From Verrucomicrobiota bacterium (GTDB lineage: Bacteria; Verrucomicrobiota; Kiritimatiellia; CAIQIC01), in NCBI GenBank assembly GCA_004321905.1, contig SCQF01000014.1:567-64566 (forward strand): a stretch of DNA of 64,000 bases. Direction: 5' to 3'. The translations under genes were made by a program, and so were the position numbers. Within the stretch, counting starts at the first letter, position 1; each line of letters starts with the position of its first letter. This document shows, in pieces, positions 34,652 through 43,718 of this stretch. The notes beneath the pieces were generated by a model, which saw only the letters and a program-made list of their open reading frames with translations, was not told the origin of the DNA and did no database searches.

Positions 34652-36130
34652 TTAGACCGTCCAGCCGTCGCGATAGGTTCCGTGCACCAGCGGCGCGACT
34701 TCCGGCGTGTTCGGCGAGCGCATGTTCGGGCCGTCCCACGCGATTTTTTTGCCGGGCAAGCGGAGGGCGATGCAACCCATCAGTACCATCTCCGTGAGGT
34801 AGGCCGCGATTTCGAAGCGTGAATAGGGCAGCTTGGGATTGCCCGCGACGCAGGCCTCCACCCATTCCCGATAGTGATTGCCGACGCGTGGTAGTGACAC
34901 CGGAATCGGCAGGCACGCCTCGTGTTTGGTGACACTGCGGAGTTTGGCTTCGTTGTTCATGCGCATGAACGTCGAGCCACCGTAGTCACTGGTGGAAACA
35001 AAGCGCCCTTTTTCACCGACGAAATAGATGCCGGAATGCGGCATTCCTGCGCGCAAATCCACCAAGTCCTGGACCAGCTCTTTGGGCGGGAGCCAGCCGC
35101 CTTCGTACCACCACAAGGTGACGGGTGGTTTGGTTCCGCGTTGTGGATATTGAAAGCGAACCCTAGCGTGCGCGGGATAACTTTCGGGCATCGCGCCTGC
35201 GACCTGCGCTTCGACTTCGGTGGCGTAGCCCAAATCCAAGGCGCGGAACGGTAAATTGACCGCATGGCAGGCCATGTCGCCAAGTGCGCCGGTGCCGAAA
35301 TCGTGCCAGCCGCGCCAGTTGAACGGGTGATAGACATGGCCCTTACGCTCAGCGTTTTTCCCTTTGGCGGGCGCGATCTCTTCGGGATATTTGTCCTTGA
35401 AGGGCCGGAATGGCGCGATGCCGAGCCAGAGATTCCAGTCGAGATGGGGCGGTACCGGATCTTCGCCTGCGGGTCGCGCGACGCCTTGCGGCCAAATCGG
35501 CCGGTTCGTCCAAACATGTACCTCGCGGACCGGGCCAAGGACACCGGCCTGCAACACTTCCACGCCACGGCGCAATTCATCGGAGGCGCTGCCTTGGTTC
35601 CCCATTTGCGTGACGACGCCGCTGGTCTTGGCCAACTCACGCAACTGACGGGCCTCCCAGATCGTGTGGGTCAAGGGTTTCTGGCAATAGACGTGCAAGC
35701 CCATCCGCATGGCCAGCGCGACGATGGGCGCGTGCATGTGATCGGGGGTTGAAACGGTAACCGCGTGGATCTTGCCCTTCTCCTTCTCTAGCAGTTCGCG
35801 GTAATCGTGATAGAGGCGGACACCTGGGAATTTCTGACGGACCTCGGCGGCTTTTTTTTGCAACGTGATATCGTCCACGTCGCATAGGGCGCCAAGGCTC
35901 ATGCCGGCTTCCATCATTTCCGTGATGTCACCATTGCCTTTGCCGCCACAGCCGATGCCGGCGAGAAACATCTGGGCCGCCGCCGGATTGGCCGGCGCAA
36001 CAACCTTGGTGGATTTATTTTTCTTGGGCGCGGCATAACCGTTCAGCGCCAGTGCGCCGGCCGTTAGCAGGGAGCCGCGCAAAAAATCACGACGGGAGCA
36101 ACCGGACGGGACAATCATTTGCTCGGTCAT
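34652..36130 (-). CDS. Gfo/Idh/MocA-family oxidoreductase with twin-arginine signal
   Basis: 492 aa. SRRDFLRGSLLTAGALAL TAT motif. Rossmann IGCGGKGNGD. C-terminal ...WDGPNMRSPNTPEVAPLVHGTYRDGWTV shared with the next paralogue. Confidence 0.8.
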   Translation of the reverse strand: MTEQMIVPSGCSRRDFLRGSLLTAGALALNGYAAPKKNKSTKVVAPANPAAAQMFLAGIGCGGKGNGDITEMMEAGMSLGALCDVDDITLQKKAAEVRQKFPGVRLYHDYRELLEKEKGKIHAVTVSTPDHMHAPIVALAMRMGLHVYCQKPLTHTIWEARQLRELAKTSGVVTQMGNQGSASDELRRGVEVLQAGVLGPVREVHVWTNRPIWPQGVARPAGEDPVPPHLDWNLWLGIAPFRPFKDKYPEEIAPAKGKNAERKGHVYHPFNWRGWHDFGTGALGDMACHAVNLPFRALDLGYATEVEAQVAGAMPESYPAHARVRFQYPQRGTKPPVTLWWYEGGWLPPKELVQDLVDLRAGMPHSGIYFVGEKGRFVSTSDYGGSTFMRMNNEAKLRSVTKHEACLPIPVSLPRVGNHYREWVEACVAGNPKLPYSRFEIAAYLTEMVLMGCIALRLPGKKIAWDGPNMRSPNTPEVAPLVHGTYRDGWTV

Positions 36131-36167
36131 GCGTTTTCTCTTGTTCTATGGGCCGTTGATAAACCGC

Positions 36168-36200
36168 AGACAGCAAGAGCTGCCGGCAGCTCCGCTGTCT
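36168..36200. other. intercistronic GC-rich hairpin
   Basis: AGACAGC-AA-GAGCTGCC|GGCAGCTC-C-GCTGTCT between the two oxidoreductase paralogues. No U-run follows it. Confidence 0.3.
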
Positions 36201-36232
36201 TCCGGTAGTCGAGCGTTCGCCGCCCTAACGGC

Positions 36233-37720
36233 TTAGACGGTCCAGCCCGGACGATAGGGGCCGCGCACGAGCGGGGCGACTTCCGGCGTATTTGGCGAAC
36301 GCATGTTCGGGCCGTCCCATTGGATTTTCTTGCCCGGCAGGCGCTGGGCGATGCAGCCGATCAGAATGATTTCCGTCAAATAGGCGGCGATCTCGAAGCG
36401 TGAGAAAGGCCTTTCAGGTTTACCGGCCAGACAGGCATCCACCCATTCCTGATAGTGATCGGTATCCTGCCCTTTGAGCCGCGGCAAAACTTCCGGGACG
36501 TTTTTACAGGTCTCGTGTTTCTTCACGCTGCGTAATTTTCCCTCATTATTGAGCCGCATCGTGTTGCCGTCGCCATAATCGCCGGCGGAGAACAGTCGGC
36601 CTTTTTCGCCGACGAAGTAGCACCCCGCAATCGGTGTTTCGCCGCGCAGAGTCGTCACATCTTCAATCAGCTGGTCTTCGGGTTTCCACCCGCCGTCGTA
36701 CCACCAAAGCGTGAGCGGTGGTAGCAAGACTCCGGGCTTAACGGGGTTTGGGCGCGCCGGAAATTGGAAGCGAACCTTCGACATCTTCGGATAGGTTTCC
36801 TTGGCCGCACCCTCCACCTGCGCCTCGACTTCCGTGGCATAGCCCATGTTCAGCGCGCGAAACGGCAGGTTGGCGGTGTGGCAGGCCATATCGCCCAGCG
36901 CGCCGGTGCCGAAATCGTGCCAGCCGCGCCAGTTGAAGTGGTGATAGGCGCCAAAGCCCTGCTGGTGATAAATTTTCTTGTCCGCCACCAGTTTGTCGTT
37001 GCCGCCCACATAGGGTCGCGCCGGGGCGACGCCGAGCCACAAATTCCAGTCGAGCGAATCCGGCACGATGTCGGCGCGGGTGGGACGCGCGATGCCTTGC
37101 GGCCAAACCGGGCGGTTCGTCCAGATATGCACTTCGCGCACCGGTCCGATGACGCCGGCTTGCAACAATTCCACGCCGCGCCGCAACTCGCCGGTGGCGC
37201 TGCCTTGGTTGCCCATCTGCGTCACGACGCCGGTTTGCTTGGCCAGCGCGCGCAACCGGCGCGCCTCCCAGATCGTGTGCGTCAGCGGTTTCTGGCAATA
37301 GACGTGCTTGCCCAACCGCATCGCCAGCGCCGCCGCCGGGGCGTGCATGTGGTCGGGGATCGAAATCGTGACCGCATCAATGAACTCTTTTTCGCGCTCC
37401 AGCATCACACGGAAATCGCGATAGAGCCGCACGGCGGGGTTGTTCTTCGCGCGCACTTCTTCGGCGCGTTTGAGCAAATCGGTTGCTTCCACATCGCATA
37501 GCGCCACGACACGTGCGCCGGCTTCCATGACGCCGTTGATATCGGCCTCGCCCTTGCCGCCGCAGCCGATGGCGGCGATGCTCAGCTTCTCGCCGGGTAA
37601 ACGTACGCGCGGCCTGAACACCGGCGCTGTTGTCGCGCACCCACCGAGCGCCAGCGCGCCGGTGGTGAGCAATGAACGGCGCAGAAAATCACGGCGGGAA
37701 AACGCAATGGTAGGCTTCAT
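36233..37720 (-). CDS. Gfo/Idh/MocA-family oxidoreductase with twin-arginine signal (paralogue)
   Basis: ORF trimmed to ATG 37720 (MKPTIAFSRRDFLRRSLLTTGALALGG). Collinear with 34652..36130. Confidence 0.8.
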   Translation of the reverse strand: MKPTIAFSRRDFLRRSLLTTGALALGGCATTAPVFRPRVRLPGEKLSIAAIGCGGKGEADINGVMEAGARVVALCDVEATDLLKRAEEVRAKNNPAVRLYRDFRVMLEREKEFIDAVTISIPDHMHAPAAALAMRLGKHVYCQKPLTHTIWEARRLRALAKQTGVVTQMGNQGSATGELRRGVELLQAGVIGPVREVHIWTNRPVWPQGIARPTRADIVPDSLDWNLWLGVAPARPYVGGNDKLVADKKIYHQQGFGAYHHFNWRGWHDFGTGALGDMACHTANLPFRALNMGYATEVEAQVEGAAKETYPKMSKVRFQFPARPNPVKPGVLLPPLTLWWYDGGWKPEDQLIEDVTTLRGETPIAGCYFVGEKGRLFSAGDYGDGNTMRLNNEGKLRSVKKHETCKNVPEVLPRLKGQDTDHYQEWVDACLAGKPERPFSRFEIAAYLTEIILIGCIAQRLPGKKIQWDGPNMRSPNTPEVAPLVRGPYRPGWTV

Positions 37721-37742
37721 CTTTTTCCTTTTTGTTGTTGGT

Positions 37743-37789
37743 TTCCAAGGCTTGGAAAACGTGTTCTTCCACTTTTCCAAGCCTTGGGA
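37743..37789. repeat. dyad doublet
   Basis: TTCCAAGGCTTGGAA-N17-TTCCAAGCCTTGGGA. Confidence 0.9.
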
Positions 37790-37817
37790 AGATCGCCGCC
37801 GCCACGTTGCGCGGGCT

Positions 37818-38492
37818 TTATTTCGCCGCGCGGCCCCAGACTTCCACTTCGGTGTAGTGGTTCATGTTGTTGCTGGTGTTGCCGTTGCTCCACAGGCGGA
37901 CGTAGCGGCCCTTCACGCCTTTGGCGTCAATCAGCTTGCCCTGGTAATTTTCGATCACGCCGGGGTCTTTGCCCACGCCGAGGCCGAGCGAGTTGTCGGT
38001 GTCGGTGTTATAAACCGTTTTAACTTCTTTAGCGAAGGCCGGATCGTCGCTGATTTGGACGACCGCGTCGTGATAGACGCGCTTCTGGGAGTGGAAGCGC
38101 CAGACGAGGATCGCGTAGATTTCGCTGCTCTGGCCAAGGTCAATCTGCACCCACTGCTTGCCCGCGGCGAGTTCGACGTAGGAACCTTCTTCGGCGGACT
38201 TGTCGCCGTCGGTGATCAGCGTGAGTTCGCCGACAACGGGTTCTTTGTCGCTGGCCGTGACCGTTTTATTGGAAGCGAGGTTGGAGCAGCCCGCTGGAAT
38301 CATGAAGTCCGGGCGCTTGCCGGTCAGTTCCGGTTCGAGATTTGGGAGCGTGATCGGCTTGGGTGTGCCAGCCAGCATCGGCTTGGGCAATTCGGTTTTG
38401 AGCGGCACTTTTTGGTCATCCGCCGCCCGCGCGGTGATGAGCAGCGCGACCGCCAAGGTTGCGCCGAGAAACAGACGGGTAATCTTTTGCAT
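37818..38492 (-). CDS. secreted F5/8 type C (discoidin / CBM32-like) domain protein
   Basis: 224 aa. Signal peptide. ...WVQIDLGQSSEIYAILVW...GRYVRLWSNGNTSNNMNHYTEVEVWG is a discoidin-domain pattern. Confidence 0.6.
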   Translation of the reverse strand: MQKITRLFLGATLAVALLITARAADDQKVPLKTELPKPMLAGTPKPITLPNLEPELTGKRPDFMIPAGCSNLASNKTVTASDKEPVVGELTLITDGDKSAEEGSYVELAAGKQWVQIDLGQSSEIYAILVWRFHSQKRVYHDAVVQISDDPAFAKEVKTVYNTDTDNSLGLGVGKDPGVIENYQGKLIDAKGVKGRYVRLWSNGNTSNNMNHYTEVEVWGRAAK

Positions 38493-38495
38493 ATT

Positions 38496-39848
38496 TTATA
38501 TCTCCGTGTCTTGCGGGTTGATTTCGATCGTGCGGCGTGCGGCGATGGCTTCGTTGGCCTTGAAAATCACCACCTCGCTGCCAAAGGCTTCGTCGGCGGG
38601 GCAATTGAGTTTGGCCTCGCCGCGAACCGCTTTGAAAAAGTTTTCCAGATGCGGCTGGTGAATCGCTTTGTTGAAGCTTATCGGCAACGCATAGGCTTCC
38701 AGCTTCTTGCTTTCGCGCACATCCACCTTGGCGCCTTCTTCGGCGGCGGCGGGCGCGGCCTTCATCGCCAGATAATTTTTCTGCACGTAGGGACCCCAAT
38801 CCGGCATGTTCTCCATCGGCGGATTATCGCGGAAAATCTGGGTGACGCTCGGATTTTCAGAAATCTTGATCGAACCCTGATCGCCCATGAAATATTCCCA
38901 ATAGCCGCCGCCCGCGCCGGTGGTGGTTTGGACTTGGTAGAACGCGCGCGCCACGCCTTCCGGCAGCGCGAATTCATAGATCACCATCGCGTTGTCATAC
39001 CACTCGTAATCTTTGTAATAGTCCACGCCGCCAGCCGCCGTCACCGCGCGCGGCTTGACGCCGAAGAACCAGTTGAAGATGTCAATCTGGTGCGCGCCGA
39101 GGTCGGAAAGCGGGCCGCCGCCATACTTTTTGAACCAGCGCCAGTTGCGGAACTGCCGCATGTCGTCGAAGCCGTAGCGCTTGAGCACGTCGGGCTTGAT
39201 CTGCACGCTCTTGGCCGCGCCCAGCTCTAGCGTCACTGTGCGATTCCACTGCGCGTTGGCGCAGGTCAGGCGCCCGCACAGCTTGAGTTCGCGCAAGAGG
39301 TGGTTGAGCGTGAAAAGATAGCGCGGATTGCTGCGGCGCTGGTGGCCGATTTGCAAAAGTTTCTTGGTCTCGCGCATCGTCTGCACCATGGAGCGCGCGC
39401 CCGCGATGGTGTTGGACATCATCTTCTCGCAATAAACGTTCAGGCCGGCCTTCATACAGGCGTTGCTGACCGGGGCATGCCAGAAATCCGGCGTCGCCAC
39501 GACCGCGGCTTGAATATCTTTCTCCGTGGCGAGCAAGTCTTCGAAGTCCTCGTAGACTTTGACTTCGATGCCAGCCTTCTTCAGGCCCTTTTGGGCGCGG
39601 TCGCGGGCGTATTTCCAAATATCGCAGACGGCGACGATCTCGATGCCTTCGATCTTCATCAAGGCATCCAGCAAAACGTTGCCTTGCGCGCCCGCACCGA
39701 TCAGCGCGTAGCGGATGCGACCGTTCGGCGACGTTTTCTTCGGCGCGGCGGTTTGCGCGTTGGCGTTGCCAGTCAGCGCCAGCCCCGCTCCGGCAGCGAC
39801 CGCCGTGCTCAAGAAATTCCGACGGGTAAAATCAAATTCGGGTGCCAT
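38496..39848 (-). CDS. Gfo/Idh/MocA-family oxidoreductase with twin-arginine signal
   Basis: ORF trimmed to ATG 39848 (MAPEFDFTRRNFLSTAVAAGAGLAL). Rossmann YALIGAGAQG. Confidence 0.8.
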   Translation of the reverse strand: MAPEFDFTRRNFLSTAVAAGAGLALTGNANAQTAAPKKTSPNGRIRYALIGAGAQGNVLLDALMKIEGIEIVAVCDIWKYARDRAQKGLKKAGIEVKVYEDFEDLLATEKDIQAAVVATPDFWHAPVSNACMKAGLNVYCEKMMSNTIAGARSMVQTMRETKKLLQIGHQRRSNPRYLFTLNHLLRELKLCGRLTCANAQWNRTVTLELGAAKSVQIKPDVLKRYGFDDMRQFRNWRWFKKYGGGPLSDLGAHQIDIFNWFFGVKPRAVTAAGGVDYYKDYEWYDNAMVIYEFALPEGVARAFYQVQTTTGAGGGYWEYFMGDQGSIKISENPSVTQIFRDNPPMENMPDWGPYVQKNYLAMKAAPAAAEEGAKVDVRESKKLEAYALPISFNKAIHQPHLENFFKAVRGEAKLNCPADEAFGSEVVIFKANEAIAARRTIEINPQDTEI

Positions 39849-39856
39849 CGGAATCC

Positions 39857-40393
39857 TCACCACTTCTTCAGAATGCAGAGTTTGTTGTGTTTGGCGAGCG
39901 TCAGCGCCACGGCGATCAAAGCGACGTGAATCGCCAGCCACGCCACGCCGTCATCGGCTTTGATCAAAATCAGCCCGGCGGTCAGCGCGATATAAATGAT
40001 GCCTTGGGCGAAGAGCGAAATCCGCGTGCCGATGCCGACCCACAGCATGACACCGAGCAAAATCAGCGCCGGGCCGAGACCGATATAAAACGGCTTGAGC
40101 AGCGCGGCTGGCAGCAACGGCTCACTGGCGAATTTGTCTTGGAGCGACTGCGGGATCGCCGCGTAGTTGGTCAGTGAATAGATTTTCTGTGTGGCTTCGA
40201 TCATTGCGCCATTGGGATCGGGCTGCCCGGTCGTCGGGTCCACCCACGGTTTCATGACTTTGCCGATGGCCGCATATTTTTCCAAGCCTGTGACAATCGC
40301 GCGCAGGCCCAGCCAACCCCGCAACAACCAAAACGCCAGCGTGGCGTCCCAATTCACCGGCATCCGCGCCGTTTCGTTTTGATCACTCATCAC
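39857..40393 (-). CDS. small polytopic membrane protein (DoxX-like?)
   Basis: 178 aa with about four hydrophobic segments. First gene of the oxidoreductase cluster. Confidence 0.35.
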   Translation of the reverse strand: MMSDQNETARMPVNWDATLAFWLLRGWLGLRAIVTGLEKYAAIGKVMKPWVDPTTGQPDPNGAMIEATQKIYSLTNYAAIPQSLQDKFASEPLLPAALLKPFYIGLGPALILLGVMLWVGIGTRISLFAQGIIYIALTAGLILIKADDGVAWLAIHVALIAVALTLAKHNKLCILKKW

Positions 40394-40523
40394 ACAATTC
40401 CTTTCGTTGGTGAACTTTTACTAAAAGCCCCCCCGCAGCGTCCAGCGGTCTTTCGCTGTCATCCAGAGCCGAGTCAAAAACGCAGCACCGCGAAATATAT
40501 TGTGCAGAATTTTCGGCCCCGTT

Positions 40524-40570
40524 TTCCAAGCCTTGGAAAATTGCGTGGTTTGTGTTTCCAAGGTTTGGAA
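40524..40570. repeat. dyad doublet in a divergent intergenic region
   Basis: TTCCAAGCCTTGGAA-N17-TTCCAAGGTTTGGAA. Confidence 0.9.
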
Positions 40571-40632
40571 AACTCCGCTGACTTTGTTATACAGCCGGCA
40601 TGGTGACGGGGGATTCCAAAGGTGCAGGAGCT

Positions 40633-42090
40633 ATGCGGTGGAAGATTCTGCTGTGGCTGAGTGTGTTTATACTCGCTTTGTTGCTGCGCCTGCTGCAACT
40701 CGCCGCGCGGCCGATGCACACCGACGAGACGGTCAACGCCTACCTCGTCGGCCAGTTGCTCGCCGGCGAGGGCTATCACTACGACCCACAAGATCGGCAC
40801 GGTCCGGCGTTGTATGTCGCGGCTTTGCCGTTGGTGCGGTTGGCCGGCGAAAAAACTTTTGCGGCATTGCATGAGCGCACGTTGCGTCTTGTGCCGGTGC
40901 TGATGGGCGCGCTGGCGGTGTTCCTGTTTCTGCCGCTGGCGCGCGCCGTGGGCTGGTCGGCTTGGACCGCGGCGCTGCTTTGGGCGGTCGCGCCATTACC
41001 ACTTTATTACAGCCGTTACTTTATCCATGAAACCGGATTCATCGCCGCAACACTCGTCGTAATGGCTGGCGGCCTGCGCGCGGCGTTGGCGACCGGTGTA
41101 CGCGCGGTCGTGTGGACGGTGTTTGCCGGAATCGGCGCAGGGCTGATGTTGGCGTTCAAAGAAACCGCGGTACTCAACTTCGCGGCGTTGGGCCTCGCAA
41201 CGCTGGTTGTGGCACGGCCAACGTGGCGTTGGGTGCAACACGGATTACTTGGCGCGGGCGTGGCCGTGGTGGTGGCGCTGGGTTTTTACACATGGGGCTT
41301 CACGGAATGGCAGGGACCGGTGGATTTTGTGAGATCGTTTGCGCGTTTCGCGGCACGCGCCGGCGGCGAAGGCCACGAAAAACCGTGGTGGTATTTCCTG
41401 TTGCTGCTCGGTGGCGGAAAATCCGGTGCGCTGTTTCTTGTGCTGGCGGTTTGGGGTGGTTGGCTGGCGTGGCGCGCGGGCGACTGGCGTGGACGATTCG
41501 TGGTCGTCTATGCCGCGGTCATTTTCGTCATTCACAGCACTATTCCTTATAAGACACCGTGGTTGGCGCTCAATTTTTGGTTGCCGCTGGCGTTGTTGGC
41601 GGGTTGGACTTGCGCTGTGTTGCATGCGCAGCGTCGGTTCATTGCCTCTGCTTTTATCGCCGCCGTATTACTGGTGACACTGGCGCGGGACGTGCAAGCG
41701 CGCGTATTCCGCGAGCCGGCAGGCGATCGCAATCCCTACGCCTACGCGCACACGGCTGCAGACGTGATCCGATTACAACAACGCGTGGAGGCGGTGGCAG
41801 AAAAAAATCCGGCGGGACGTGCGCTGCGTATTGCCGTGGTCATGGACGATGCCTGGCCACTGCCGTGGTATTTGCGGCAATTTAGTCAGGTCGGTTTTTG
41901 GCGCGCGGCGGATGATCCCGGTTCGGCGGAAGTGTATGTCACCAGTTCCGATTGTCCGGAGCACTTGCACGCGCGGCTGCAAGGCTATACGCCGGAGTTT
42001 TTCGGCCTGCGCCCCAATGAACTGCTGTTGCTTTGGACAAAAACAGAAAATTTGCCACAAAAAGGCACAAGCAGCACAGCGGAGAAATAG
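40633..42090 (+). CDS. GT-C-fold membrane glycosyltransferase-like protein (ArnT/PMT/TIGR03663-like)
   Basis: Start taken at ATG 40633 (MRWKILLWLSVFILAL); 40600 is also possible. RPMHTDETVNAY motif near the first loop. About 11 hydrophobic segments. Confidence 0.45.
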   Translation: MRWKILLWLSVFILALLLRLLQLAARPMHTDETVNAYLVGQLLAGEGYHYDPQDRHGPALYVAALPLVRLAGEKTFAALHERTLRLVPVLMGALAVFLFLPLARAVGWSAWTAALLWAVAPLPLYYSRYFIHETGFIAATLVVMAGGLRAALATGVRAVVWTVFAGIGAGLMLAFKETAVLNFAALGLATLVVARPTWRWVQHGLLGAGVAVVVALGFYTWGFTEWQGPVDFVRSFARFAARAGGEGHEKPWWYFLLLLGGGKSGALFLVLAVWGGWLAWRAGDWRGRFVVVYAAVIFVIHSTIPYKTPWLALNFWLPLALLAGWTCAVLHAQRRFIASAFIAAVLLVTLARDVQARVFREPAGDRNPYAYAHTAADVIRLQQRVEAVAEKNPAGRALRIAVVMDDAWPLPWYLRQFSQVGFWRAADDPGSAEVYVTSSDCPEHLHARLQGYTPEFFGLRPNELLLLWTKTENLPQKGTSSTAEK

Positions 42091-42124
42091 TCTTGTGATT
42101 TTTGTATCTCTTGGTGGCTAAAAG

Positions 42125-42976
42125 ATGACTATGTCTGCCATTCAAACCTTTCGACATCCGGCGATGGCCGCCGAATTTCAGGTGCGTATCGCCGGCGAAG
42201 AACCGACCTACGCGGCGCAGGCCGCGCAGGCCGCGTTTGCGGTGACCGACCGCCTCCATGACTTGCTCAGTCGCTTTCGTGACTCCAGCGAAATCCAGCA
42301 AATCGCCGCGTTGCGGCCCGGCGAAGCGCTGGCGCTCAACGAAATGACCTTCGCATGTCTGCAAATCGCCCGCGCGGTGGAGGAGCGGACGCACGGCGCG
42401 TTCGCCATCACCGCGACCGCGGCGCGTACGGCGGATGAACCGCCGCCGCACTGGCGGCTGGAGCCGGAAAATCTGCTGATCCACGGCGACGAAGGCCGGT
42501 TGCAATTCGATCTTGGTGCGATTGGCAAGGGCTACGCGCTCGACCGCATGGCGGCGGAGTTGGCCGACTGGGAATGCGCCGCGTTTTTGCTGGTTGCTGG
42601 TGGCAGCAGCGTACTGGCCGGCGCCGCGCCGCCCGGCACCGCCGGCTGGGATGCCGGACTCGGTTTGCCCGGCGGCGTCGCCCGTCGTTTCGCGTTGACG
42701 CACGGCTCGCTCAGCGGTTCCGGTATTTTCGAGCAGGGCCGCCATATTTTGGATCCGCGCACCGGCCAGCCGGCGCAGTTGCGCGACCGTGCCTGGGCCT
42801 TCGCGCCGACCGCCGCGCTCTCCGACGCGCTCTCCACCGCGGCGATGGTGCTGACCGATGCCGAATTGGCCGAAGCGCTGGCCGGTTATGCGGAAGGCGC
42901 GGTGGTGCTCGGCGACGGTGGGACGTGGCGCACCTATGGCGGCTGGCCGCTGCCACCGGAAATTTCTGCAAGCTAA
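42125..42976 (+). CDS. apbE: FAD:protein FMN transferase
   Basis: 283 aa. DLGAIGKGYALDRMA, SLSGSG and HILDPRTGQP motifs. Confidence 0.85.
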   Translation: MTMSAIQTFRHPAMAAEFQVRIAGEEPTYAAQAAQAAFAVTDRLHDLLSRFRDSSEIQQIAALRPGEALALNEMTFACLQIARAVEERTHGAFAITATAARTADEPPPHWRLEPENLLIHGDEGRLQFDLGAIGKGYALDRMAAELADWECAAFLLVAGGSSVLAGAAPPGTAGWDAGLGLPGGVARRFALTHGSLSGSGIFEQGRHILDPRTGQPAQLRDRAWAFAPTAALSDALSTAAMVLTDAELAEALAGYAEGAVVLGDGGTWRTYGGWPLPPEISAS

Positions 42977-42992
42977 TTAGAGGGGGTGAAAA

Positions 42993-43718
42993 GTGAAAGA
43001 AAACTGGGATAAGAATATTTCACTGATCTCGCGTGGGACGCGTTATCAGGTGCAAGTGGCCACCGCGCTAATGGGCGTCATCCCCTTGCTGGTAGTGTAT
43101 TTTTTTGTGCTGACGGTCTCTTCTCCGCACAGCATCTATTCCGGGATCGGCCAGCTTATCATCGTCAGTCTGACGTTTTTGCTGGCGGTGAGCGGCTATG
43201 CGCTGTTGTGCAAGTACCCCACCAACATTCTGAAGCTGCGTCAATATCTGCGCCAAATCGCCGAGGGCGAACTGCCGGAGAAAGTCGCGCTGGATAACTC
43301 CGCGGATGATATCCGGGCCATTGAAGGCTATCTGAACCAAGTGCTCACCGCGCTACGCGACAAAGTGCAACGACTTGAGCAGCAATTACAATTGGCCTGC
43401 GAAATGAAGAGCGCTCTCGAAGTCAATCAACGGGAGTTGCTCGCGGCGGAGCGCCATCGCGTCATGATCCAAAGTCTGGGCGCGGCCTGCCATCACATCG
43501 GCCAGCCGGCCACGGTGCTGCGCACGCATCTACATTTTCTCAGGAACCAAACGGTCATGCCGCGTGAGCTCGACGAGATTGCGGAGTGTGAGCGGGCCGT
43601 CGAGGCCATCGCCGCCGTGCTCGAAAAGCTACGCCACGTCAGCGCCTACCGCACCACACCCTATCTTGCGGTACCTGCTGGCAGCACCGAGGACGTGATT
43701 TTGGACATCGGACGTTAA
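42993..43718 (+). CDS. membrane-anchored HAMP-like / DHp-like protein without a kinase ATPase domain
   Basis: 241 aa, GTG start after a GGGGG SD-like run. Two TM segments, a coiled linker, and an H-box-like ERHRVMIQSLGAACHHIGQPATVL. The ORF ends before any N/G1/G2 box. Confidence 0.4.
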   Translation: MKENWDKNISLISRGTRYQVQVATALMGVIPLLVVYFFVLTVSSPHSIYSGIGQLIIVSLTFLLAVSGYALLCKYPTNILKLRQYLRQIAEGELPEKVALDNSADDIRAIEGYLNQVLTALRDKVQRLEQQLQLACEMKSALEVNQRELLAAERHRVMIQSLGAACHHIGQPATVLRTHLHFLRNQTVMPRELDEIAECERAVEAIAAVLEKLRHVSAYRTTPYLAVPAGSTEDVILDIGR

